This document shows positions 1-12,879 of a stretch of DNA of 64,000 bases, in pieces (positions within the stretch are counted from its first letter, which is position 1; the number at the start of each line of letters is the position of its first letter). The notes below the pieces were generated by a model. It had not been told where the DNA came from and ran no database searches. It saw only the letters and a program-made list of their open reading frames with translations. Source of the stretch: Eledone cirrhosa (taxonomy: Eukaryota); the NCBI GenBank assembly GCA_964016885.1, contig OZ024744.1, forward strand, positions 95,666,001 through 95,730,000. Direction: 5' to 3'. A program made the translations under genes and the position numbers.

Positions 1-27
1 AGAAAGGGATTTAGTGCACTTACACCT

Positions 28-553
28 ATATATACACACATACCTTCATCCACACATATATATATATATAATATATATATATACATATACACACATACAT
101 ACACACACACATACATATACATATACATACACACACACACATATATACATATACACACACACACACATATATATACATACACATACATCCAGATACACAC
201 ATACATACACACACACACATATATATATATATGTGTACATACATATATATACACACATATACATACACATATATATACACACACACACCCACACATACAT
301 ACACACATATATATATACATACACACACATATATACATATACACACACATATATATATATATATACTCACACACACACACACATATATATATATATACAC
401 ATACGCATACATCCAGATACACACATACATACACACACACACGCGCACACACAATACATACATCCACATGCACACACACACACATATACACATACATACA
501 CCCACACACAGAGAAATGGCCTCCAAATATATATATATACATACATACACATA
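28..553. repeat. Compound (CA)n/(TA)n microsatellite
   Basis: Direct reading. It explains the H/T/Y/I-rich ORFs. Confidence 0.97.
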
Positions 554-879
554 TATTGTTTCCATAATATAAGAAGTTAGGGCAGTGAAATTAAAATACA
601 AGTCATTCTGATCACATTGAGTTCTTCATGTAGATTGGGCCCCGCAACCGACAGTGGTGAATTCTGTGTGCGCATATATATATAGATATATGTGTGTGCA
701 CGTGCAGGGTTTAACATGGATGTGTTGGTCACACAAAGGCATGGTCTGTCAATGAATAAACCTGATTCTACAGAATTGGTCTCTGGTCTTTAATAGTAGT
801 GATAATTATATACATGCACACATACAAACACATATATCTGTCACTCCGTGCGTATGTGTGTTTATATTTTATGACAATT

Positions 880-1380
880 CTATTGGGGTGATAACCCATT
901 TAGTTTTGGTTTAAATTTGTTAAGGAATAGATTTTCTTTGTTTATTCTTTGTTGCTGTGTGAACGAATCTGAGCACTTGTAGAAGGGGAAGATTTTAAAG
1001 TTGGGTAGTGTCATTCCTGCGCAGTTCGCAATATGGCTGCTCAAGGGGATTTTTCTTGTGCTAGCGTCCCGGATTTGTTGGCGGTGGATGGTCATTCTTT
1101 TGCGTAATGAGGTGCCCGTCTGTCCTATGTAGTTGTGTTTGCACCCACCGCAAGTTATTGCGTAAATCAAGTTCTCCGAGTTGCAGGTGAAATTGTTTTT
1201 TACTGTAAATGTTTGGCCATCTTTAAATGTAAATTTTTGTCCTTCAGTGAGGTAGAGGCACGTTCCACAGTTTGTTCTACCACATTTGGTAACTGTAGGG
1301 TTGAGGATTGGTTTGGGTATATTTGGTCCAGTGAGAATGCGTTTTAGTGATTTGGGTTGTCTTTTACTTTTAAGGATCTT
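880..1380 (-). mobile_element. Penelope-like element 3' fragment with GIY-YIG endonuclease
   Basis: LIYAITCGGCKHNYIGQTGTSLRKRMTIH...LSSHIANC...KENLFLNKFKPKLN is the typical PLE GIY-YIG domain. Confidence 0.85.
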
Positions 1381-1407
1381 ATATACAAGTTAATATAAAT
1401 TAATATA

Positions 1408-2130
1408 TAATAAACACTAATGTAAACATATAAGTGTTTGTATTGTAAATGACCAAGTTAGCTAGATTGAAAAATACTAATTAAATTAATACAGTTTGCC
1501 TGTCTCGATTTAAAATAATAAATCAATAAAAACAAACCCATATTGGCAATAACCGTGATACCTGGACAAATTTAAATTTCAAAATCCAAACCTGTTCCGC
1601 AGACAAATTTAAATTTCAAAATCCAAACCTGCTCTGCAGACAAATTTAAATTTCAAAACCCAAATAAGTTTCGCAACGATAATAAAAAAAAGTGAAAAAT
1701 TCCAATTTCTGTGGTCATCGGCAGGTATCCAGAAAATTAGCATGTTTCACCTCGAAATAATTAAGAGGACTGGTAGTCAAGTGTTAACGCACATGGTTTT
1801 CCAGCTCCTAGCTATCCCCATACTCATGCTGCTAGAAATAACAGCCGTTTATATGGGACTAAAATTTAGCTCAACAAAAGGAACCATTAATACTATATTT
1901 AGAGTTATAAACTCAAACAGTCTTTTACAATTAATTAGCTCAAAGAAAGAAGCATTTCTGAGCCGTGAAATACAAGTTAATATAAATAATATACAACAAA
2001 CACTAATATAAACATATAAGTGTTTGTATTGTAAATGACCAAGTTAGCTGGATTGAAAAATACTAATTAGATTAATACAGTTTGCCTGTCTCGATTTAAA
2101 ATAATAAATCAATAAAAACAAACCCATATT
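1408..2130. repeat. ~135-bp direct repeats (about 1408-1543 and 1994-2130) enclosing a 3x ~36-bp tandem
   Basis: aaacactaat.taaacatataagtgtttgtattgtaaatgaccaagttagc...aaacccatatt occurs twice. gacaaatttaaatttcaaaa.ccaaa occurs three times at 1565-1665. Confidence 0.85.
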
Positions 2131-2482
2131 TAATCAAATTTAAACATTAGATAAAATTCTCTGGTTATTACTATTTATTTATCCACACTTTATTTACTTC
2201 ACGTAATTCATCCAATATATATTTATCTTTTCGCTTCATCATCTCATAAAATTACATTATTACAACACTCTCTCACTTAGGGGTTTCTCTTTCTCTTTCT
2301 TTTTCCTTTTTTCCCTATTCCAACAGCTTAATTTTAAATCTATGGGATTTAAACCTTTCCGACACTAATTTGCATAATAGACCAATAATAAAATGAGTAA
2401 CCCCACTATCCGGGAGCTTCCAACCGACATGGTTGCATTCTTTAAGGGTATGTCAATATTTGTTTATAAAACTGATCTATAT

Positions 2483-2551
2483 TATATTTTATCTGATGAA
2501 AGCACACCATAATTTGCTTTGGTGTCCTTGAAATATGTATAATGAAATATA
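2483..2551 (+). ncRNA. Penelope-type minimal hammerhead ribozyme
   Basis: TATATTTTAT-CTGATGA-stem II (ACACCA/TGGTGT)-GAAA-TATGTA-TA-ATGAAATATA. Stem I pairs over 10 bp. Confidence 0.75.
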
Positions 2552-2657
2552 GTTTCCATTTGTTAATATATTGTATTTTTACTCCAAAAATTTGTTGAGT
2601 GCTTTATATCAGTTATAAAAATATTTGCTTGTTGTATCCCAACAAATTAAATATAAC

Positions 2658-2700
<43 letters not shown>

Positions 2701-3001
2701 GTGATATCCTTGGTACAGTTAGACATATTTGAAAAAAAGGAAAAGAATGACTTCACTTGTATTTCTAAACAATTTGATTTAATTTTATAATATTATGATT
2801 AAGTAGATCTCAGTTTGATAATCGCCACTGATAGATGCGAGAAAGTTCTCCAGGAAAGTTAACTAGGAATCTTTAAAAAATTTTCCCACCGAAGTTAACT
2901 TAATCATAATATAAAATTTAATCAAATTGTTTAGAACTACAAGTGAAATCATTCTTTTTCTTTTGTCAAATATATATATATATATATATATCATTTCCTC
3001 A

Positions 3002-3342
3002 ACATCATCATCATTTCATTTAACGTCCACTTTACCCTGCTTGCAAGGGTGGGACGGGAACTGATTCTGGCTTGATTTCTACAGCTGGATGCCCTTCCTA
3101 ATACAAACCTCATTTACAGTGAGTGCTGGGTGGTTTTTTGCCGTGGCACCTCCACGACCACTTTACAGTGGAATGATAGGGACCCCGGTCCCTATTATCT
3201 CATTTCTACAACTGAGTAAACTGGAGGAATGTGAAATAAAGTGTCTTGCTCAAGGAAACAACACATCACCCGGTCTGAGAATTGAACTCACAACCTTTCA
3301 ATTGCAAGGCCAATGCTCTAACCACTAAGCCATGTGCCTCCA
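3002..3342 (-). mobile_element. tRNA-derived SINE (CORE-like body, RTE-type 3' tail)
   Basis: A-box/B-box head (TGGCTTAGTGG...GAGTTCAATTC), CCTTGAGCAAGACACTT body and (GAT)n tail. Same family as 32878 and 41095. Confidence 0.85.
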
Positions 3343-6287
3343 TATATATAAAGGATAAGGTAGCTTTCATTTTTTGTTAGTAATATCAGGCTTGCAAAAA
3401 GATTATGTAACCGTTAGTGAAATGTCAACTTACTGGAAGGGTCACTGATGAATTGTTGATATTAAAATGTCTATTGTAGTGTGGAAATGATTGGAGTTAG
3501 CAGGTGACCCAGCATCTTAGTGAATATTTCCGATGGTCCAGCTGCTTTGCTTGATCGCCTTACTTACCCCACTGTTGCTAACCTGGATGGCCTGTTGCTT
3601 TGTTGGGTGTACTTGAAGAATGTGGGGCATATATACCCATGTAGTGTGTATACACTTACAACTATGGGATGTAAATACACATTAGCTCACAACTATGGAA
3701 TAACCTGTCAAAACGGCAAGAGCTCAGCTGTTGGAAGTAAATCCACCTTCTCCCAAGCATTTTCCTATTTCAACAGTCTCTTTCATAATGACACTTCCAC
3801 ACTTCTTTTCAGCATTGATGTGAGCAAGTGTGCTATTGTCATTTCTGATGCACTTTCATCTAACGCTTTGATTTTCCCTACTATACTGCCTTGCAACCTG
3901 GAATACTACATGAAAGAACATGCACAGATATCTTACTTTCTGCTCCCTTCCTTACTAAGTGTACTTAGCACCAGGGTTCTTTCTAGCTTCTTGGCTTCCC
4001 TTACTCTGTTAATATTTCCAGGTCTGTTTCTTAGTTCCAATTGCTTCTTCTGCCGTACTATTTCACCCTGTTATTCTCCAGCCATAAACAGTCCTGTATG
4101 AGCAAGACACGTTCACTTGATCTGGCTTATCTTTGTGTGTTTGCCTGACTGACAAGTAATCATGTAGTTCTCTCTTTCTTAAAATTAGTGTTAAAGATAG
4201 CTTGATCGATGGTATCACAGAACTTCAGGAGCCTTGATCTCTCCACATTTCTCATACCAATTCCAATGCCTCCATAGAAGCCATCAGTGTTATCCAACAT
4301 GTCCAATAGATAAGCATAAGCACTAGGAAGGGCATCTAGTCGTTGAAAACCCGCCAGACAGTCCTATACAAGCAAGACAACCAATCTTGCCTCAATTGGG
4401 AAAATTCCCGTCCAAACCCATGCAAGCGTGGAAGATGGACGTTAAACGATGATGATGATGACTTCCTCACTATATATAGACAGCTATTTATCAGACACAA
4501 CCTAAGAATTAGTTTTAACTCTATTCTAAGAACTCACCATCTAACTTGGTTGGATGTTCATGTAGAACAGTGCCATGTTCATGCTGGACAAGGCCTATAA
4601 AACATAGGCTATTAATTATGTGTCAATCAACCCAGACTATACCACCAACCTAAAAGTGTTATGCAGGGCTTATGGAACAGCAATTCTAGGAGAGGTATAA
4701 TAACTATACAGCATTCATCCATTATGAGGATAAAAGAAACTCAGGGCCTTACATTAATGGAATTAGATCCTGTAACACACAAATATGACTTATTTTGAAA
4801 AACCTATATAGAGCTAAATGCTCGTTTAATTAAACATCAGAAGCAAAACTTTCAAAGCTTGTCCAGAGATTAAAATTTGCCCTGTATTTCTGGTCACCAA
4901 TGCCATTTCCAAGCAGCTGGTTACTTTGCCATCACCTCCCAGATGTCTGCGTCTCCAATATTGGTTTCTTATTTAGGTACAAGGCCCAATAATTTTGGGG
5001 GAGGGAAAAGTCAAAGCTAACCTCAGCAGGATTTGAACTCATAAGAAGGGAAAATCTATGCCACAAAGCATGTCTGACATTCTACCGATACTGCCCTCTG
5101 CAATATTGCTAACATGGTATGTGTATATATGTACCCCTAACTCCTGGTGGAGTCACGGGGACACTGTATTGACATATGGCTTTCCTTGGGCATTTTCTAA
5201 ACCAGATAGAGCATATCTTTCCATGTCTGAATGCAGCTGATTCTTCCACAGAAGCAGAGCAAAAGAGTGATAGAAAGGAAATAAAAAAAGAGATACAAAG
5301 GAAGAATCGACCCCAGTACTAGACTGGTACTTTTTTTTTTTTATTGACCTTAAAAGAAAGAAAGGCAAAGCTGTCGTCAATGGGATTTGAATTCAGAGTG
5401 CAGGGAGATCCTACACTCTAACCAGTGAATTTTATCAGGATACCAATATGAACAAGCTTGTTGTCTTTGACATAGCTGAAAAGTTCTCCCTCTCTCTGAT
5501 TGGCAACATTACTATGGCTTGATGCTCTTCCTATCACCAACAATAAGGAGATAGTTATGTGTTCTATATTAAATTATATTCTATGCAAATTCACAATCAT
5601 TACACACTTCAAGTTAATCCAAACTATGTGATTGCCTGAGAAGAGATATCACTAACTTCTCAGATCACACACACACACAGTGCCCCCCCCCCCCCCCCCC
5701 CCCAATGTATATACACTTTGATTACCTGTACAGGCAATATTTATTACAATGCATAACCTTTCTCCAAAATAAAATAATCTACAGACATAATTCAAATATT
5801 TGTAAACACCCAAAAATGTTTACATAATTTAAATAATGCATATAAAACAATTTTAATGCATTTTTTCACTGTTAAAGTGTGTAAACATTTTTTTGGACAC
5901 CCTGCATATATATTATATATATAAAATACACGCAACTGCTGAAAATGACTACTATTCTGAATGTTTACAGAAACCAACATGGCTGATTAGTTTTTGTGGT
6001 TGGGACACACAGGTTTGTTTATATATAAAAAAAGATTTGTGTACATTCGACAGTTTAAACTATGAAACTACAAGTTCAGTGGTGTTTAGCCAATACCATG
6101 TATTATATATATATATACTTGCAGAAGATAAGTTGCTTATATGTGGTTGCTACGATGTAACTTCTTGAGGATAAGCCAGTTCAAGCAATCCCAAATCACT
6201 TCACATCAGTAGCTTATCCCAACTAAAAGTTGGTGATTACGAGTGACGGAATATTCATTTATCAAATTAAGATGTAATTGATTTATT

Positions 6288-6338
6288 GCATGATATATAT
6301 TTCTGTTACATGGTTATGCATGTGACTTCATCAGATGC
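6288..6338 (-). ncRNA. Minimal hammerhead ribozyme inside an inverted repeat (about 6289-6480)
   Basis: Reverse strand reads GCAT-CTGATGA-A-GTCACATG..CATGTAAC-A-GAAA-TATATA-TC-ATGC. Confidence 0.7.
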
Positions 6339-7054
6339 TTTACAATCATGGTGGGGATATTTCGCTGGTCACGTATTACCATCCAGTTGTGATACTAGCA
6401 GTCATCACAATAGTAATACATGACCAGTGACATATCCTCATGATTGTATATATAACCATATAACAGAAATATATATCATGTACTAAAGCAATTATGGTGA
6501 AGTAACCTCGTTTTAACTACTCTTAAATTTGTTATGTACACATATATATATAACTTACATATGAAGTGCACTTTGTCATTGTATGAAATCGCACTCAAGT
6601 AGCCATATATATATATACATATACACACACACACGTATAATACAATGTACGCACTCAAGTAACTATATATAATACAATGTAAATAATAAACAAAGAGTGT
6701 TTAATCTTTCAAAACATTTAATAACTAACGATCGTTTCATCGTAGCACAAAGCAGGAATGTTATTTACACTGTATTTCAGCTCTGTATTATATTTGTTAA
6801 TTACATCAAGCTATATTCATACTTGTAACTGGGTAATATTTAATATTACTCACCATATATATATATATGACAGAGGACACAATAAGTGCTCTAGTGTTAT
6901 ACTGGGGGTATGATAAAATGAACCCAGCCTACTCTGTAGAGTGGTAAGTGCTGGTGCCACTATAAACTGTATTTAGCCGACTCCGTAAAGAGGTAGTGAT
7001 TGTGCCATGATAAAATGCATCCAGGCCACCCTGGGTGTGTTGGTGCCATTAAAA

Positions 7055-7865
7055 TATGCATTTACGATTAAGATTATTTACAGTGTTATTGGAAAGTGGC
7101 CCAGGGTTAATTATATTAGGAACTGGAGTGGTGGAATTAACTAAAGGAGGTGCTAAAGTTTCTAGATTTACATTACTATTTGATGTATTCCTCAAAGTTA
7201 CGTTTGACGTCGTATTTATATTTGTGTTATTTTGCCTAGAGTTTACATTGACGTCGGGCCTTATAGAGTTATTATTATGACTCTCATGGTTGGATGTATA
7301 TGTGTTATTCTTTAATATTTTAGAATTATGTCTTGAGATAATTTTAGAAATGTTCGAGGTAGTGGAGTATGAGAATTTAATAGTATACTTATTGAATATC
7401 TTGCTATATATATGTGAAGGAGAGAAGCTATTATAAAAAATAATTTAGGGATATTATTAATAACGGAGAGAAGGGAGCGTTGTACCAAAGGATATTTTTA
7501 TATCTAGGTCTCCTCCTTTTGTTAGTGGCATGATTATTACTAGCTACATTACTAGAGTTACTATAGGCTCTGCCAAGATTAGCTTCCTTAGTATATCTAA
7601 TTTTGTCTAGATATCCAGCCCTAGATAGCGCATTATTATAATTGGCGTTAGCTTCGAAGATATCTTTGTCAGAGGATAAATTAGAAATTCTTTTTTCCAC
7701 ACTTTTTACTATAGCAGTTTTAACATTAGATTTAAAGTTAATGTAATTTAAGTTCTCAGCCTTATGATATGGGTAATATAGACCGGTATCTAGATTAAGG
7801 GATATATCCAGGAAATTTGCTAATTTATCATTATTCTCGAATTCAATTTTTAAGTTAAGATGCAT
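7055..7865 (-). mobile_element. Penelope-like element RT C-terminal fragment (continues at about 9397-9460)
   Basis: FLDISLNLDTGLYYPYHK...YINFKSN...RISNLSS...ILWYNAPFS. The GIYRDDAL motif lies on the far side of the piggyBac insertion. Confidence 0.75.
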
Positions 7866-9392
7866 ATAGTTTCAGACAAATATCAACGTGTTATTTTAAT
7901 TCTGTGAATTTTTTCCAAATTTGTTCCTGTTGTATTTTGAACATTTTTAACTCTGACAAAAAATGGATACCAATTTCATTCAGTCAAGCAGCGAGTCAGA
8001 ATTCGAAGGATTTGCTACTGAAGACCTTGAAAAATCTAACTATAACTGAAAAAAAAAGCACGTGGTATTTGATAATGAATCCGATGTTTCATTTTCCAAA
8101 AGTGAAAGCAGTGAATCCGAGAGCTCCGATGACAGCGATAAAGAAAATGAATTGGCACCTGAATGGAGTAAAAATTTAAAAACTGTTTCTTTCAGTGATT
8201 TTTATGAAGAAACTGGACCAAGTCACAGTCTATCCCAGGAGAGCAAAGCTTTAGACTATTTCCTTTTACTTTTTCCTATGAGCTTGTTTGAAATTATTAT
8301 GGCGGAAACAAACCGTTACGCTGAAAGTAAACAAAGCGAAAAAAAAGGATAGTTTGTGGTTTCCCACAGACTTAAATGAAATTAGGGCTTATTTTGCCAT
8401 AAATATTATTATGGGCATTAGAAAGCTCCCCAGAATTACAAATTACTGGAGTACCGATGAATCCTTTTGGAGACAAAGATGAGGACATGGTTTTTAAAAT
8501 TGACGCAGTATTTACATGTAAGAGACACGAGCAGTACACCAGTACGTGGAGAACCAAACTATGATCCCTTCTTTAAAATAAGACCCCTCATTGATTGTGT
8601 TCAAAACACATATAAAACAGTTTACAAACCAGGGAGATATTTATCTATCGATGAGGGGTATGGTGGGCTATAAAGGCCGAGTGCGTTTTCAACAATATAT
8701 GCCAGGAAAGCCCACAAAATGGGGGATGGAAGTTTGGAAGATTTGCGAATCGAATACTGGGTACTGCTCTGGATTTGAATTTTATACTGGCATGGCCTAG
8801 GGTATGATGTGGTCTGGAATTTATCACTTCCATACCATAACCAGGGCCGTATATTATTTTTTGACTGGTTTTTCAGTTCGGTCAAACTTGCGGAGAATTT
8901 AGATACTGTGGCAACACATACATGTGCTACAGTGATCGCTAATAGAAAAGGACTGCTGTTGGATATAAAAAAAGCAAAAAAAAAAAAAAGGTGAAATAAT
9001 TCAACGGCAGAAAGGAAATTTGCTAGTGACCGCATACAGAGATAAGAGGCAGATCAATTTTCTGTCTACCTGTGCACGGCCACATGTGGATGAAAATGAC
9101 ACCCCATAATCTCGATTATAATAGGTACATGGGTGGTGTAGATCGGATGAAACAGATGATGTCTTATTCAGTTGGCAGATCGGGAAATAAATGGTGGCGA
9201 TACCTGGTTTAGTATATAGTAAATATGAGTATTACTAATGCGTTTATACTATATACCAAATCGGGACCGGCTCGAAAGCAATGCGACCATCTGCAGTTCC
9301 GAGCAGATGTAGCAACACAATTAAGAGCTGGTTAGAAATTAATTGAAACACATAAGGGGTGTATTTTGGTTAGAAATATGGTAACGAAAGGG
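7866..9392 (+). mobile_element. Decayed piggyBac transposon (PGBD-type transposase pseudogene) inserted into the Penelope RT
   Basis: Frameshifted motifs LSIDE, YMPGKPTKWG, FFDWFFSS and YMGGVD. The right end reads ...GAAAGGG followed by TTAA at 9393-9396. The left end was not found. Confidence 0.85.
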
Positions 9393-9839
9393 TTAATAAT
9401 AACAATTAGAGACAGTAAAAAGAGCATCATCACGATAAATTCCACCGCGAAGTTGAGGAATTTTCCGATTTAAAGAGTTCAAGATGAAAATTCCAACCAA
9501 GTTGAGCTGAATCCGACGAACCCATGGTGATGTCAAAATTGTTGGAAGTATCCGCTCTTGTCCAATATTCATTGTTAAATCCCAAGATGGTTTTCCTTGC
9601 GGTGAGAATGATGTTAATTTCTTCACTAGTGACGTCCGTGTATTTTAAGAGTTCCTGATCAAAAGTCTCTCTCTCTTCCTTCTTTCTTTTTTTCTCTCCT
9701 CACTTTCTTTTTCCTTTTTCTCCTTTTCTATTTTCCTATCTTTTTTCTTACTTTTCTATCTTCTTATATATTTTCTGTCATATGTAGGTTTTGCACTTTC
9801 CTGTTGACAAGTGTTTTTAGGCCTCATATCATGTTACCT

Positions 9840-9909
9840 TATTTTATCTGATGAGAACACAATTTTTGTCCCAGGATGATGATGTTTTTGAAATGCGCAT
9901 AATAAAATA
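9840..9909 (+). ncRNA. Penelope-type minimal hammerhead ribozyme
   Basis: TATTTTAT-CTGATGA-GAACA..TGTTT-T-GAAA-TGCGCA (palindrome)-TA-ATAAAATA. Confidence 0.75.
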
Positions 9910-11012
9910 TATGGAACTTCTTTAACCATCTTTTATACACACACACACACACATATATATTTGAAAGATCTTGGAAAGGCTAGCAACAAATTGTGGCATT
10001 GAAAGCTATGTTAATCCTCCAACCAACTCGATGATACAGCAGGGAGTTAAGTTCCCACAATCACCATAGAAATTTAGGACCAGATACTTCAACAGATTAT
10101 GGTTCAATGCCCACCTTTGCTGAAAAAACTTGAGAGATCTACATGGAGTAAATGTGAAAGTATTCAAGTAACAACCGAGCATTCTATTATCTGAGATCCC
10201 AGATAAGCCTATGTCATGGCAAATAACACAGGAGGGCCAGCAGGATCAACTCCCTCATTCACCAAAAGGCTAACAATAGAAACATTAGCAACAGTAATGG
10301 CAACACTCCAACATGGCTATAAATCATTCACTAGAACTAGTAAAAGAAAATTAGTATATATGTATAAGTGCATCCCGCTTTTCAGAATAGTTATTATAGG
10401 AAAGGCTTCTGGCAGTAAAACACATTATCTCAAAACATCCTGTCCGACTCATACCAGCATGGAAAAGTGAGCATGTAAACAATGATGATGACGAATATGA
10501 TGATAATGATGATGAAGACGGTATCAGTATTGTGTATTTATGTATAAAAATGCTCTTGTCATACAAAGCTTCATTCATCATTATTGAGTACTTAATTTTT
10601 ATGTTAAAAGTTGAATGTTTTTCTTTTTCCCCCAAACATATTTTTCTGAGTTCAGAAAGTAAACACTTCTTGGTAATAAATAATACATTGGAAAAACATA
10701 AGAAAACCTATTTTAATGAAGAAAAAATTCCACTCAGCCATTAAAAAAATATGCATAATAATAATAATATCAGCAGCAATATTCATTTGGAAACTTCTTC
10801 ATTATAGGCATGAAATGTCTGTAAAAAGCATTACCTCAAGGAAAAAATAAATTTTTTTTTCTAAGGTCTTCAATTTTTAAATGACCAGAGATAGTACTTT
10901 TACAATCCGAAAGTGTTCAACAAAATGTGAGCAAATACAACAAGTATAAAACACTAGTTTCAAAGCACACGACAAATTTTTAATTTTTGTTTTGTTTATT
11001 TCTACTCCCAAG

Positions 11013-11080
11013 TCAATTCTCCTTCCCCGAGTCGACCTCAACTACAAGTAGGATCTTCTGTAACAGACAGGTGATTTTAT
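11013..11080 (-). CDS. SLC7 transporter last coding exon
   Basis: TTTCATTTCAG acceptor. The phase-1 join gives (Y)KITCLLQKILLVVEVDSGKEN-TGA, matching the T...QK...VV C-terminal motif of LAT/xCT light chains. Confidence 0.88.
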
Positions 11081-11879
11081 CTGAAATGAAACAAAAAATG
11101 AAAACAATGCATTAAAAAACTTAATAGTTAAAACATCTGGTTGACATCTGGGTTAACCCTTTAGCATTTACATTACTCTTTCTATATATATACTACTAAC
11201 TGGCCCAATGCCATCAAATATTCTGGCTAATTGTAATATCTATACATAAATAAAAAAGATGTTTGTTTGTTGGTTGGTTACTTCCAGCTCACTCACACAA
11301 GTGATACAAACATTACAAACACAGCTGTGACGGATCTTAGAACGCTGGACTTCTAAAGTTTCTCAACCCCCTCCTTCCTCAATCATCACATAGATATGTG
11401 TGTATGTAATAATTATTTTTTCTAAGTGTGTCTCTTTATATATATGTATGTGTGTTTGTATTTCTATTGTCTATGTATCTTTCTAAATAAACACACACAA
11501 ACACATATACATTCACATAATCATAACAGCCAATGTATGTAGCCAATTCGCTATACATATACACACACTAGTGTAACGAATGTTAAATGCTGCTTTCTGT
11601 AATTTGTCATCACCATCCTCCTTCCTCAGTCGACGTAATCACCTGTCCCTTCCTCAGTCATCTCTAATGCATTATGAACAAATAGACATGGCTTTTACTA
11701 TTATCACAGTAACGGCTTTACCTCGTATAATTATCTCGCATAATATTGAATCTATAACACTGGCCTCAGAGAAAAAAACAAAAACATTGCTTTACAGTGA
11801 AATGATATATTAACACCAATGAGATTTTGATATCATTTATTTTGAGAACAATACCTTAACATAAGTATGGCAGGTTTTT

Positions 11880-12205
11880 TCTTACAGTTCACACCTACGT
11901 AGATTTAGCTGTCCTCATATGAGGTTGTATTTCATAGAAAGTTTCTTGGGTGTTTTAATTGTAGGGGAACCCCAATCTTATGATGTTGTTACAGCTGACA
12001 CATACATAGGTTTAGCTATCTTCATATGAGGTTGCATCTCATAGAAAGTTTCTTGAGTGTTTTAATTGTAGGGGCTCCCAGACCTATCATGACATTGTTG
12101 TTCCAGTTCATACTTATGTAGGTTTAACTGTCCTCTTACAAAGTTGCTTCACATAGAGGGTTTCTTGTGTGTTTAGACTATGGGAGGCCTTCAGTTCTAT
12201 CATGA
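11880..12205. repeat. Degenerate ~115-bp tandem repeat, 3 copies
   Basis: ...gtaggtttagctgtcctcatatgaggttg...atagaaagtttcttg.gtgttttaattgtagggg recurs. Confidence 0.8.
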
Positions 12206-12331
12206 AAATCAATGTGAAATGAAGTGTCTTGTTCAAGAACACAATGTAACATTTGGTAAAGAAATCAAACACACAACCTTATAATCATAAATTCCAACAC
12301 CTTAACCAATAAGCTATGAACCTCCACAATA

Positions 12332-12751
12332 CAGAGGGTGGGTCATAAGTAACCAGGCAGTCAATGCATTTTTATTGAAAGGGTCATAGATAACTTTTTG
12401 AATATCCACTTATTTGTGTGTGATCAGCCATGGTTATATGTTTTTTAACCCTTTAGCTCTTAAACCGGCTGTATCCGGCCAGAATTCTCTCACTTCTCTT
12501 CGTTAAAACCGGCTTTAACTGGCCCCTCATACCGACGTTAAGGTATTGTTCTCAACATAAATAATATCAAAATCTCATATATTCGATATTATGTTAGATA
12601 AAGCCTTTATCGTGAAAATACAATAGTAAATACATAGTAATGTGAATGCTAAAGGGTTAAACTACTTTTGTTTGATGTATGACCAGAATTTTAGTAAATA
12701 TTTAGAATACGAACGTTGGACTGTCTGGTCCGGTTACTACGACCCACCCTG
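12332..12751. mobile_element. Tc1/mariner-type MITE with a nested piggyBac-type MITE (12445-12660)
   Basis: TIRs GGGTGGGTCATAAGTAACC / GGTTACTACGACCCACCC with TA flanks. The inner element is TTAA-CCCTTTAGC...GCTAAAGGG-TTAA. Confidence 0.75.
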
Positions 12752-12879
12752 TATTTTATAAGTAGGGTTTCTTAAAGCTGAAATATATTGAGCAAATCTA
12801 TTTTTCTCTCTGTCATCTGTAATATTTTCACCACATTTGCATCAAGAATCTTTTAAACAGAAGTTGATGGAAGCAATAG

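Noticed and set aside
14-601. ORFs at the window start (similarly 61770-62312)
   Set aside because: Microsatellite translations.
3520-4101. 193-aa plus-strand ORF
   Set aside because: No recognisable domain. The opposite strand has a KAAGPSEI remnant typical of decayed RTE sequence.
10980-11015. Stop-codon readthrough or selenocysteine at the SLC7 TGA-C
   Set aside because: It would add only about 10 low-complexity residues, and there is no SECIS or other support.
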